From positions 3,329 to 67,328 of the forward strand of contig JAQTSD010000003.1 of NCBI GenBank assembly GCA_028711445.1: a stretch of 64,000 nucleotides of DNA, read 5' to 3'. Positions 1 through 9,600 of the stretch are shown piece after piece. A program made the translations under genes and the position numbers. Every line of letters begins with the position of its first letter. Position 1 is the first letter of the stretch. Under the pieces are notes generated by a model that made no database searches, was not told where the DNA came from, and saw only the letters and a list, made by a program, of their open reading frames with translations. This DNA comes from Candidatus Peribacteraceae bacterium (GTDB lineage Bacteria > Patescibacteriota > Gracilibacteria > Peribacterales > Peribacteraceae).

Positions 1-582
1 GGGGATACCCCTGTGATCTTCGCCGATGTCTCCCTCGACGAGTGGTACGCGCCGTACGTCAGTTACGTCGTGGAGGAGAAGATCGCCACGGGCTACGAGG
101 ATGAAACGGGCAAACCCAAGGGTGAATTCGGCGTGACGAACCCCGTCACGTACGCCGAGGTGCTCAAGATGGCGATGCAAGCTTCTGATGAAGCCTTCGA
201 CCTCAGGGGTCTGCCGCCCCCGCGCAACAAGTCTGCGCAAGGAACGTGGGCAGCGGCCTACGTCGCCAAGGCCGAAGCCCTGCAGCTCTCGGTCTTTGCT
301 CCCTCCCTCGACACGAACAGGCCCGCCACCCGCGGGGCGGTGATTCAGACGATTCTGGAGACGGTGGGGATTCCAACGGGAGCCAAAGCAAAAAGTTCCT
401 TCAGTGACCTGTCAAATGATCATCCTTACGCACCTGCAATCGTTGTAGCGACCACCTACGGGCTCGTCTCCGGCGATATGGATGCATCTGGAAATCCTCT
501 GAACACTTTCCGCCCCGACGAACCGATCAATCGTGCTGAAGTCGCCAAGATTATTGCGCTTGTCAAAGAGCTTCTGGAATAA
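1..582 (+). CDS. S-layer homology (SLH) domain protein, C-terminal fragment (5' end outside window)
   Basis: The frame is open from base 1 to TAA at 580-582. It has three SLH-type repeats (FADVSLDEWYAPYVSYVVEEKIATGY..., ...WAAAYVAKAEALQL..., FSDLSNDHPYAPAIVVATTYGLVSG...INRAEVAKIIA). Confidence 0.75.
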   Translation, partial: GDTPVIFADVSLDEWYAPYVSYVVEEKIATGYEDETGKPKGEFGVTNPVTYAEVLKMAMQASDEAFDLRGLPPPRNKSAQGTWAAAYVAKAEALQLSVFAPSLDTNRPATRGAVIQTILETVGIPTGAKAKSSFSDLSNDHPYAPAIVVATTYGLVSGDMDASGNPLNTFRPDEPINRAEVAKIIALVKELLE

Positions 583-632
583 AAAATCCCTTCGTAATCC
601 ACCGGCTTTGCCGGTGAGACATCGGTGGCGCC

Positions 633-657
633 CAAACCCTTCGACAGGCTCAGGACA
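633..657. repeat. Half-copy of the palindromic repeat family (core CTTCGACAGGCTCAG)
   Basis: The exact 15-mer cttcgacaggctcag at 639-653 recurs at 39029-39043 and 54588-54602. This copy is intergenic between convergent genes. Confidence 0.7.
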
Positions 658-701
658 GGCAGTGGCGCGCCAGCTTCCCGGATAACTCTCTCAGTTCTGA
701 C

Positions 702-722
702 AAGCCCCTTCCGGGGGCTTTT
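702..722 (+). terminator. Intrinsic-terminator-like hairpin between convergent genes
   Basis: AAGCCCC (702-708) pairs with GGGGCTT (714-720) around a 5-nt loop and is followed by TT. It lies between the SLH gene stop (582) and the minus-strand operon stop (785). Confidence 0.5.
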
Positions 723-784
723 CCCCATGCTACCGGCTCTGCCGGTAGTCATAACTCATGGGGGCATCTCGAAACAAGTTGGTC

Positions 785-2419
785 TCACAGTTTGGCGCTC
801 GTCGTACACTTCTCAACCAGATCAGTGCGGCCGACGAATTGCCCGTTTGTGTATGGGAAACAGTCATTGGTGAGATCGATCTTAAGCACGCGTTCCAATC
901 GGGCATTGCATGGACGCGTAAGACATGATCTCCGGAGCCAGTATGCAAGACCCCGCGTAAAGTTCCGTACCCCCTTATCGAGAGAGTTACCGTTTTTTGA
1001 GAATTCACTTACGGTCGAGCGGAGAGGGGACAGTTGTGCCATGACGAGCTCCAGTGCTTCCGATGCGATGGGTACCATAGTGCCCTCTTCGCGTTCCTGC
1101 ACACGATCCCACTTCTTCGTCACCGCGCGTGCAAGACGGTTGATCCAACCAACAAAGAAGTCATTCCTCTGCGGGTCGTTGAGCGCTTCCCTATATTTTT
1201 CCGGACGGTCCGGCAAAAATTCTTCAGGGAACTTGTATTGGTCGGGGTAAGGACGCTGTTGTCCCCAGTCGTCACGCAATTGGAGATATTCCCGCAGCAA
1301 TTTCTGATCGTTAAAGTCAAAAGAGAACGGGCCGGTGAGTTCCCATTTCGCTGCTCCTGCGGGCCACTTGGGCGGCCAGTCCTCTTCTGCCGGCTGGTTG
1401 TCCGCATTCCATCCGTCGGAGACCGCACAGCCCAGACGTATACGATGCACACGCTTGTCACTTTTCGCCTGACCGTACCATGCGGATTCGGCAGGAAGCG
1501 AGCGACCCATGAATTTTTCCAGTTTCATGATGCGGGTTTTTAACTGTTCGGAGTCCTCGATCATTTTGTCACGGTCTTCAGTTAACTTTTCAAGGGCAGT
1601 TGTTTCCGCGTCCACTGCTTCATCAATCGTTGAATCGCTTAAGCCAAGGCCGGCGTATCGGGAGAGGACACTTAAGTCGCATCCATAACCAACGGCGATC
1701 GGGTTCGACGTGGTACCGCTTCCCACGGTCGAGGGTGGCAGGTAGTCGGAGTGAAACGGGCATGTCTTCACTTCAGGACAGGCATCATCAGGATCACACA
1801 GTTCCCCTTGTGCATTTTTCGTGTTTGCGATGCAGCACCATTCAGTTGGGTCGAAGATGCGCCGTTGCCACCATTCAGCATCGACATAGGTGTTGTCGTT
1901 ACCGTGCTCCACGAGTTTCTGATATTCATCATTCAGGAAGTAGAGCACACGCGAAAGCAGACCAATAGCAGTCAACTGTTTCTCATCAAAGGCCTGTTCA
2001 ATTTTACATTGTACTTGCCCCATTTTCGCCTCGAGGATGGCGAGATCGATCTCCAGACAGGGAGTGACTTCAATGAGATCGCGCTCCTGGGCTGTGATGC
2101 GGATTTTTGTGTCAGCAATCATTGCGACAGGGGTAAAAGCTGTCTCCAGCCAATGCCAGAAGGAGTACCAGCCTGTGGTTCTTGGGAGCATCATTGCTCT
2201 ATCGATGCCCGCCTGCGCCCGCTCAAGCACTGCACCGACGAAATGGTCAGAGATCGGCTCGAGGGAATCCAGGAGTTCTTCGATAGCGGGAATCGTTCCT
2301 CCATTACATTCGTAGCGAGAGGCAGCCAAAACGGGAGTCCTTCCCAAGATGGACCACATCAGCAGGATAGCAGTCAAGAAGAGAAGGGGGCGGCCGACAG
2401 GCGGATGGTGGAAGATCAT
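785..2419 (-). CDS. Hypothetical secreted protein (operon gene 5 of 5), no recognised family
   Basis: Long ORF. The ATG at 2419-2417 overlaps the upstream TGA (2418-2416) as ATGA; the track's GTG at 2440 is an alternative start. The N-terminus has a hydrophobic signal or anchor (RPLLFLTAILLMWSILG). Cys residues are scattered and long helical segments are present. Confidence 0.7.
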   Translation of the reverse strand: MIFHHPPVGRPLLFLTAILLMWSILGRTPVLAASRYECNGGTIPAIEELLDSLEPISDHFVGAVLERAQAGIDRAMMLPRTTGWYSFWHWLETAFTPVAMIADTKIRITAQERDLIEVTPCLEIDLAILEAKMGQVQCKIEQAFDEKQLTAIGLLSRVLYFLNDEYQKLVEHGNDNTYVDAEWWQRRIFDPTEWCCIANTKNAQGELCDPDDACPEVKTCPFHSDYLPPSTVGSGTTSNPIAVGYGCDLSVLSRYAGLGLSDSTIDEAVDAETTALEKLTEDRDKMIEDSEQLKTRIMKLEKFMGRSLPAESAWYGQAKSDKRVHRIRLGCAVSDGWNADNQPAEEDWPPKWPAGAAKWELTGPFSFDFNDQKLLREYLQLRDDWGQQRPYPDQYKFPEEFLPDRPEKYREALNDPQRNDFFVGWINRLARAVTKKWDRVQEREEGTMVPIASEALELVMAQLSPLRSTVSEFSKNGNSLDKGVRNFTRGLAYWLRRSCLTRPCNARLERVLKIDLTNDCFPYTNGQFVGRTDLVEKCTTSAKL

Positions 2420-4893
2420 GAGCCGTTGTAACGGGGGCACATTTCTTTGGGGAATTTGATCTTACCGATCTTCCCGGTGAGCAGGTTGGCGTCTCCTATG
2501 AGCTCACGGAAGGCCTCCCCTGCGTGCGTGAGATAATCAGCGAGCAAACGGGCGCCGATGCGGCGACCGACGGCCTGTCCGAGAGTGCGCAAGCCCAAAG
2601 TGGATTCAGCACGTTGGGCCACCTGATCGGTGATCCCAAAGCCGAGTTGGAAATACGATTCCGGAGCGAGCCCCAACTGTTTATTCGTATTGAAATCACA
2701 GCGGCTTGGTGGAAAGAGCAACGGTTGGCCATTCTGCTGACAGAGTGCGAGATCGAGATCGGCGGCGAGCTGGGCAGGACGATAAGCCGGGAAGGATGTC
2801 TCGGGGAGCGGGGGGATCGTGAGAACATCGCCGATGAGTGGATCTGCCGCCGTTTTTGCATCCCAGGGGAAAGCCTCGTCGCCACCGGTGAACGTCATGC
2901 GTCCGGGAAGGATGCGCTGATTTTCCAGGGACATCTCAATGCATTGCGCCACATAGCAAACATTGTTACCAATCGTGTTTTCGTAGCGCGCTTTGCACGC
3001 AGGTGAGCAAGCATGTGGAAGCGAATTGATAATGGAGCGCACGCGCGCATCCATATTATTGACAACGTCTTCACATTTTGTGGGGAGCCCGGCGATATTT
3101 TGCTTGCTCGCTTCAAAGATTTTCTTGGTCTCATTTTGAAGCTCCTGCAGCCACTGCTCACGCTCTGTGGCATTTGCCGGTGTGCCTTTTGTGCAGAATC
3201 CACCGAAGCGTTCGCAGCTGAAGTTTACGAGAATATTTGCGCAGTGTTCGATTGTGATGTCCGTCCCCGCGAAGTTGCCGTCTTCAGCGATTGCATTACA
3301 TTGAGCAAGGTATGCGGGCTTTTCTGTTGCGCAACAGTCTTTCAAATTTGAGTACGTCGATGCCCCTTCACACCATTGTTGTGCATGGATGAGCTCATGA
3401 AGCAGTAAGTAGGTGACATTGGCACTCTCTCCCCCTGCGGGGAGGCAGATAGGGATCACACCATTCCGATCTTTCGGATACGTCACGGCATAATCCTCCG
3501 AACAGTTTTGCTCAGGCTCACCAGCTCCATTGCAATAGATGTCCACAGCACAGTTGCCGCAATCAAACGGCGTCGTGATCTTCTCATCACGTTTCGTAGT
3601 GTCCTTTACCGGCTTGTTATCAATCAGTGGAGGATCGGATCTCCAGCCACCGATCATGCATGCATTCGGTCCCGATTCGGTGTGCGCCACGCGGAAACCA
3701 GCTGCTATATTTTGACTGTTACAGTGAGTGAGAGAAATAGCATTCTTTTTCTCTTCGGAAAGAGACGACGACGAAGAGCTACTTTCGTTTGCGGGACAGC
3801 GTTGGGTATCAAGCGGTCGGCAAAGGTAGCCTTCCGCGGAGAATGGGAGGGCACACAATTCTGCCCCCAGAGTATCCGTGCTTGATGGTTCCGAAGGGGG
3901 GAGTGGGTATGTACCGCCGAAAATCCCCTGTCGGATGCATACGGTGTTTCCTTCGGCAGGTGTGCTTGCAGAGCAATCGAGAGACGGGAGTATCGGTTCC
4001 ACGGGGAGCTCCCACTCGAGACCGATATCCTCCTCAAAGGGATTTTTGCTTGCGAACATCCAGAGGATGATCCCCTTATCTGATCGCCATGGCGGGAGGA
4101 GAACGATTTCACCGAAGCCGAGGGGAGGATCGAATGTCAGAGAAGCACGCACTTTCTGAAAGATTTTCTGCAGATCCTCTTCGATCGTGCACCAGCGGGC
4201 GTGCTGATATTGCAGTTCCGTCCCGTCCCCTTTCTCCATGGCGGGATCGCATGTTCCTTCCCGATTGACGAGTCCGAAGAGACCAAATTGATAGCGCCAG
4301 ACAGCAGCCGTAAGGTGTTCTGGCTGGTTGGAGTCATTATCATTCAGTTTGTCGAGGTGCTCTTGGAGAGTTTTCAGTTCACTCTTGGCGAGATCAGTGA
4401 AGGCCGGTCCGGCACGCATGCGACGTTCTGCAATGGGAGTACTTAGCCAGTCATTGCTTGATTGCCAGACGCGGACAATGCTCTGAAACTTCGGAAAGAT
4501 AGAAAGGATACGGCTCGGGTGGTCGCCAATTGGCATCTCATAGCCGCCTGCAATGAGCTGGAGATCGCGGCCCAGGGCACGCACGCGCTCCTCACGGAGC
4601 ACGGCAGCACGGATCTCTTTACGCAGCTGCTCGCAGGATTCATCGTCCAGTTTTCGGGAACTACACACGCTCGATCGGAATGATGTGGAATCATTTGAGG
4701 TGGCGATATCATCCGGGCTAAGACTTGGATTCGCGACGAAGGCTTTTGCAAGAAAAGCTTTCACCGTCTCTTGCGGGGAATCGTATTCCCACTGGACGGT
4801 CCCCCGTATCGTTTCATAGAGAGGCTTTGCTGTCGCGGTCGCGGGCAGCAGCATGAGGGCGATGCCGGCGGAGGGAAGGAGATATCTCATCAT
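2416..4893 (-). CDS. Hypothetical secreted Cys-rich protein with HExxH motif (operon gene 4 of 5)
   Basis: 825-aa ORF with signal peptide MMRYLLPSAGIALMLLPATATA. HELIH is encoded at 3385-3399 in the context TYLLLHELIHAQQW. The start overlaps the upstream stop as ATGA (4890-4893). Confidence 0.75.
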   Translation of the reverse strand: MMRYLLPSAGIALMLLPATATAKPLYETIRGTVQWEYDSPQETVKAFLAKAFVANPSLSPDDIATSNDSTSFRSSVCSSRKLDDESCEQLRKEIRAAVLREERVRALGRDLQLIAGGYEMPIGDHPSRILSIFPKFQSIVRVWQSSNDWLSTPIAERRMRAGPAFTDLAKSELKTLQEHLDKLNDNDSNQPEHLTAAVWRYQFGLFGLVNREGTCDPAMEKGDGTELQYQHARWCTIEEDLQKIFQKVRASLTFDPPLGFGEIVLLPPWRSDKGIILWMFASKNPFEEDIGLEWELPVEPILPSLDCSASTPAEGNTVCIRQGIFGGTYPLPPSEPSSTDTLGAELCALPFSAEGYLCRPLDTQRCPANESSSSSSSLSEEKKNAISLTHCNSQNIAAGFRVAHTESGPNACMIGGWRSDPPLIDNKPVKDTTKRDEKITTPFDCGNCAVDIYCNGAGEPEQNCSEDYAVTYPKDRNGVIPICLPAGGESANVTYLLLHELIHAQQWCEGASTYSNLKDCCATEKPAYLAQCNAIAEDGNFAGTDITIEHCANILVNFSCERFGGFCTKGTPANATEREQWLQELQNETKKIFEASKQNIAGLPTKCEDVVNNMDARVRSIINSLPHACSPACKARYENTIGNNVCYVAQCIEMSLENQRILPGRMTFTGGDEAFPWDAKTAADPLIGDVLTIPPLPETSFPAYRPAQLAADLDLALCQQNGQPLLFPPSRCDFNTNKQLGLAPESYFQLGFGITDQVAQRAESTLGLRTLGQAVGRRIGARLLADYLTHAGEAFRELIGDANLLTGKIGKIKFPKEMCPRYNGS

Positions 4894-5747
4894 TCGTTCT
4901 CGAAGTCACGGAGAGGTTCTTTGGCATTCCAGACGCGCGGTAAACAAGAGGCGGCGTCAGCCGCGAGAGCCAGGCCATTGCGGATGTCGAGGGAAGCGCG
5001 CTGCACACAAATCAATTCCATATCGATCGGTTGCAAGCGGTTGTAGCCGCTTACAAAGGTCAGTGTTTTGAGGAGAGCTGCCCGTGCGGTTACCAGTTCT
5101 TTTCGAATTCTAAAGCGTTCATCGTCATCCATGCCTCCGAGGATCGGGATCTCGATGACGACTTTTGGAACAGATAGGCCGAAGAGTACCCATTGGCGGT
5201 AGGCTTCTTGTCGCAGGATATAGGCTGGCAACAGATTGAGGCGTTCGACGAGTGCGCACTCGTACATACGCAGGTATTCAAGGAGGACTGTTCCCATGTC
5301 GAGCTGGTTCAAGCGGGAAAGGTTGGTCGAGTTTTTCCAAGAGGGAAGCTTCTTAGCGAGGGATTTGAGTTCCGAGCGCGGCGTGAGAAAACCGGCATAG
5401 TTTGTAGCTGTGCAGCGTGGGGAACGGCTTGGAGAACGAAGTGGACTGCTGTCTAAAACGAGTTCCCCCAAGTCCTCTTCAATTATCTTGCTGACGGTAG
5501 AATGGTAGGAGTTGGACCACTCATCCAATACATTTGCCGTATTGAGTTTTGGAGTATCGTGCAAAGACTTGAAATCAATGTCCTTGAAGAGTTCTCCTTC
5601 AAAGCGGGTACACGCAGCAAGAACCGGCAGTGCAGTGGCACTTCTGGATGCGTAGGCAACCGATCCTCCAATGATCGTCAATCCGATCATGAGCGACAGG
5701 GCCCAGAGACGGGAACGAAGGCCGAAAGAGAAGCGAGAGGGAATCAT
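4890..5747 (-). CDS. Hypothetical secreted/membrane-anchored protein (operon gene 3 of 5)
   Basis: 285-aa ORF with an N-terminal hydrophobic anchor (LWALSLMIGLTIIGGSVAYA). Only a 3-nt gap separates it from the upstream stop (5751-5753). Confidence 0.65.
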   Translation of the reverse strand: MIPSRFSFGLRSRLWALSLMIGLTIIGGSVAYASRSATALPVLAACTRFEGELFKDIDFKSLHDTPKLNTANVLDEWSNSYHSTVSKIIEEDLGELVLDSSPLRSPSRSPRCTATNYAGFLTPRSELKSLAKKLPSWKNSTNLSRLNQLDMGTVLLEYLRMYECALVERLNLLPAYILRQEAYRQWVLFGLSVPKVVIEIPILGGMDDDERFRIRKELVTARAALLKTLTFVSGYNRLQPIDMELICVQRASLDIRNGLALAADAASCLPRVWNAKEPLRDFENE

Positions 5748-5750
5748 GAT

Positions 5751-6683
5751 TTATGAATGCGCAGAAGAGGCAGCAGATGACGCGGCTGAGGAAGCGGAGG
5801 ATGCAGGATCCTCGTCTCTCGGACCGGGCAGATTGGTGTCAAAATCCGGTGGAAGCTCCTCGCAACTGGAGAGGAAGCAAGGAATACGTTGGAGCCAACC
5901 GAGGATTTGGGATGCGGAGCGGATATTGCCCGCAAGCGTCCAGCGGAACTCTTCGAGGAATTCATCGAAGACACCTGAAAATTGCAGGAGAGACCGGTAC
6001 GAGGCATCGTACTCAACGAGCATCTTCAGCGTCTCCTCTTCCTGCTGGAGCATTTCTCTAGCTGCCGACGTGCAGTACGTATAGACATCCACCTCTTGAC
6101 GCATTTCCTGCTTATTCGCCATTTGGCAGGGGGCGAACGTTTTGGTGGGAACAGGAATGCAGCCAGGGACAGAGATGGTCACTTCCTGTGGGGCACTGTC
6201 CGAAGGAACGCCAATCGATTTCTGTGCCAGTCTGCAAACCTGTTCCGTACGACACTGCAGTGCCCGGAAACTTACAGTGAGAGCGGGAATGAGACGTGAG
6301 GTAAGTACGCCCTTTGTTGCGAAAATGCCACGGCGAGGGAAGGAAGTGGCACTCACAAGATCCTGTTCAGCAGATGCGTCCATAGTGTCGTTATCTTGCG
6401 TTGTCCACGTGTCTGCAGAAAGATTCTGCCATGTGGTGTCCTCTACCTTGTACCAGGCGATGCCACTCTGATCGAACCACACTTCGCCGATAGCTGCATC
6501 TTTGGCTTTGGGACGTCCAAAAAGAGTGGTGCGATAGATGCGTTCTTCATGGAAGAGGGTGGCGTCTACCACCGCTCGACAGGCGTCGGCTCCCGTTACG
6601 GGAGCGGCAGTAGCATAAACGGCTGATGTCAGCCCCAAAAGAGTGACGAGAAGAGAGCCTGCAAGAGCGATGCGTTGCGTCAT
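5751..6683 (-). CDS. Hypothetical secreted protein (operon gene 2 of 5)
   Basis: 310-aa ORF with signal peptide MTQRIALAGSLLVTLLGLTSAVYA and a Ser/Ala-rich C-terminal tail (ASSASSAASSAASSAHS). It has an ATGA overlap with the upstream gene (6680-6683). Confidence 0.7.
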   Translation of the reverse strand: MTQRIALAGSLLVTLLGLTSAVYATAAPVTGADACRAVVDATLFHEERIYRTTLFGRPKAKDAAIGEVWFDQSGIAWYKVEDTTWQNLSADTWTTQDNDTMDASAEQDLVSATSFPRRGIFATKGVLTSRLIPALTVSFRALQCRTEQVCRLAQKSIGVPSDSAPQEVTISVPGCIPVPTKTFAPCQMANKQEMRQEVDVYTYCTSAAREMLQQEEETLKMLVEYDASYRSLLQFSGVFDEFLEEFRWTLAGNIRSASQILGWLQRIPCFLSSCEELPPDFDTNLPGPRDEDPASSASSAASSAASSAHS

Positions 6684-9600
6684 GTACCTGAGAAGGATGA
6701 ACTCGAACCGTCTGTAGGGATGGGGATGAGCGGAGAGGGGGAGGGAACGGCAAACGACGGGATGATGTCATTGCACCCTTGCTCATAGGGGAAGGCGGAG
6801 CTCGATGAACCTTTTTTGCACGCCGTGGAACGCAGCAGGCAGACACGGGCTTGTTCTATCGGATCATCGGAAGCGGGATCGGAACAAAAATCGGAATCGG
6901 GGGGAACGACGATTCCAGACCAGCTTACGGACCATCCGCTGCGCGGAAAAGTGTCGGTCTCGTTTAAGATTTGGCAAGCCCAGTCTTTGCCAGCGCACGA
7001 ATCTGCACCAAATCCCACTGCTGTTCCGGCTGTATCCAGATGGCCGGGATTCAGGCGGAACTTTCCAAGACTCGCAAGATCCTCTTTCAACAGGATAGCC
7101 GGACGTGAACCGAAGCGGGCGATCCGCTCGCGGAGATCGAACTCCGTGTGGACACATGTTTCGCTGTGTCGCGTATAGCAATCCTGCTCTGTGAGTGCTT
7201 TGAATGGTTCTCCGTCCTCCGGATCGCCAATCGTCATGCTTTTCCAAAAGAGGTTGTACTCCTTCCCCATGTTTGTGATGGAGGTTTTGATTTTCGCCAT
7301 TGTTGCCTGAATCTTTGAAAGCTCATCACTATCAATAGTATTGAAGGTGATGGAAGGTGGAGGAGCGCCTGTTTCTATCTTGGGGAAGAAGGCTTCTGCA
7401 TCATCTACGATGCTCGGAGTTTCGGGAAGAGGGGGGAGAATGGGGACTGAGACATTCTTCGCGTGGGGAAAGGGAGGAAGCAGCAACTCGGTTTTCAACT
7501 TGAGCTGGATCGGTCGGAGTACGGGGAGCTTGAGGGAGCCCGTGTGGAGTCGTAGCATTGTAAAATCAAAAGATGCATCTGCAAGACGAGGGACAGAGAG
7601 CTTCGGAAGGTCGGCAGCATCGAGGCCGGGTCGGTTCGGAAGCCAGGGGTCCAGGAGGGAGTAAATTGGAACGGTGAATCGTTCGGAGTGGCACCAGGGC
7701 ATACATTGTTCATCGTGGATCTGACGGTAGCGATCCTGGATCTTCTCCCAGTTTTTGCGGATAGTTGCAAACGTTGTGAGCTGCCCCTGGAATCTTTCGA
7801 AGTCACTCAGAACCTTGTCAGAAAGCCACTCACTGATTTGTGAGGCAATCTTCTTCTCATGCTCAAAGAGCTGACCGAGCATCTGTGCGAGTTCTGAGCG
7901 GAGTTTGCGCGTCTCGGTGATGGCGAGTGCATACTCTTCCAGCCGATTCACCAGCTTCTGTGCGCCGATGATATCCTCACTCGAACCGAGATTTTGCTGC
8001 ATTTTAATCCATTCACGCCATCCCTCTGCGTATGCACGGAACTCCGTTGCGGATCCCATGGGGACAGTGACAGGGAGCGGCTCCTGTTCGATAGTGGGCA
8101 GGAGTGAATACTTCAGAAAGAGTTTCACTTCATCGAGGAGGTCCGGACGCGCTTCAAGTTGCACTTCGATGGCTTCGAGACGCGGATCCGTAACGGAAGG
8201 GGAAATACGCTTGGGGGTGAAGAACGGGTCGAGAATATCAAGGCCTACGGACCATGTGGGAGGAAGGAGGATGCGAACGACAGGAGGAGTGAGGAGCACG
8301 TGCATCTGCGTTTCCTGCTGCTGCCACCACTCTGTGATGGTGCGCTTGGTCCCGCGGTCCGTGGAAACCGTGTCATCAAATGCTCGTAGCAGAGCTCCGG
8401 TGGAGAGCATATGCTTCGGATCAATTTGCGGCAGGGACAGAAGTTCCACCGGATCGGAAGGCTGATAGAGGGCGAGAGTGAGATCGTCGTTGTACTTATC
8501 CTTCATTACCTCTCCGTTTGTGAGAGAGAAGGCATTGGATATTCCCGTATCCCAAAGGTTATCGGGGTCGCTCGCTGTGCGATGGGTGGCGGGCCCATCG
8601 GAGTGGGAAGAGCCGTACTCACCTTTCCCTTTCTGCGTCTTGTCCATTTTCCAGAAGTTGCGGTCACCAGAGTAGTAGGCGGCGATGACGCAGTTCTTGT
8701 TGAAATTAGCCGCTTTCGTCGTGAGAAAATCCGTGTAGTCCGTATCGAAGAGGCTGTAACAGGAGACGGGAATGTCCGTTTTGTCCGCGTCATCGCTGGA
8801 GACGTACTTCGATTTCACTTTGTCGCGAGTGTAACTCGCGGTGTAGTGACGGTAGAACGATCGGTAGGCTTGACCGCGTTTCGATGGGCCTTTCGAGACG
8901 GAGATGCAGTTAGCACTGCAGCCTGCGGCCTTGCATGCATCCTTGCAGGCTTTCACTTCATTTCCCCACGGTGGGTAGAACTGCTTGCGTGGCTTCTCCT
9001 GTACTTCGCAGTTCGCTCCGTTGCAGGTTTCACAGTTCTTGAGGAGCATTACGGTGTCCCCTGACGTATCCCCCGCGCCGCTCTCGGGTCCGTAAATCGT
9101 TCCATTCATACTCTGGTGGGTGCAGCATTCGCGGGTGTCGGCGAGGATGTAATCCTCGTATGCCGGTTGAATTTCATCCTGGCATTTCGTGCATGGTTCT
9201 TCGTGGTATCGTGTGACTGAGCAAGAGGCCGAGTGCCAGACGCCGAGAGCATCCGAGCAACCGCCCGTCAGGGTTTCGCTCTTTTCGTAGTATCCGTAGA
9301 TCCAGTGCGTGTTGAGGTATCCGCAGAGGCCGCCGGTCGTATCAAGGGAGCCGCAGACGCTCCCATTCGACGGCATCTGCCCGCCTCCGCAACTGAATTC
9401 GATTTCCCCCCGCCCCGGCGGTTGCGGGTTATTGGGCGGATCATCATCACACTGAGGAGTGGCGATGTTTCCCAGCGGCCGCTGACACGGAAAGTATTTG
9501 TAGAAAGATGGCTCCCCGGGACGGCAGGAAGACCGGAACCCGCAAACGGAGGAAATATCTTTGATGCTCATAAGAGAGCCAGAGCCCTCTGCGCGTGCGG

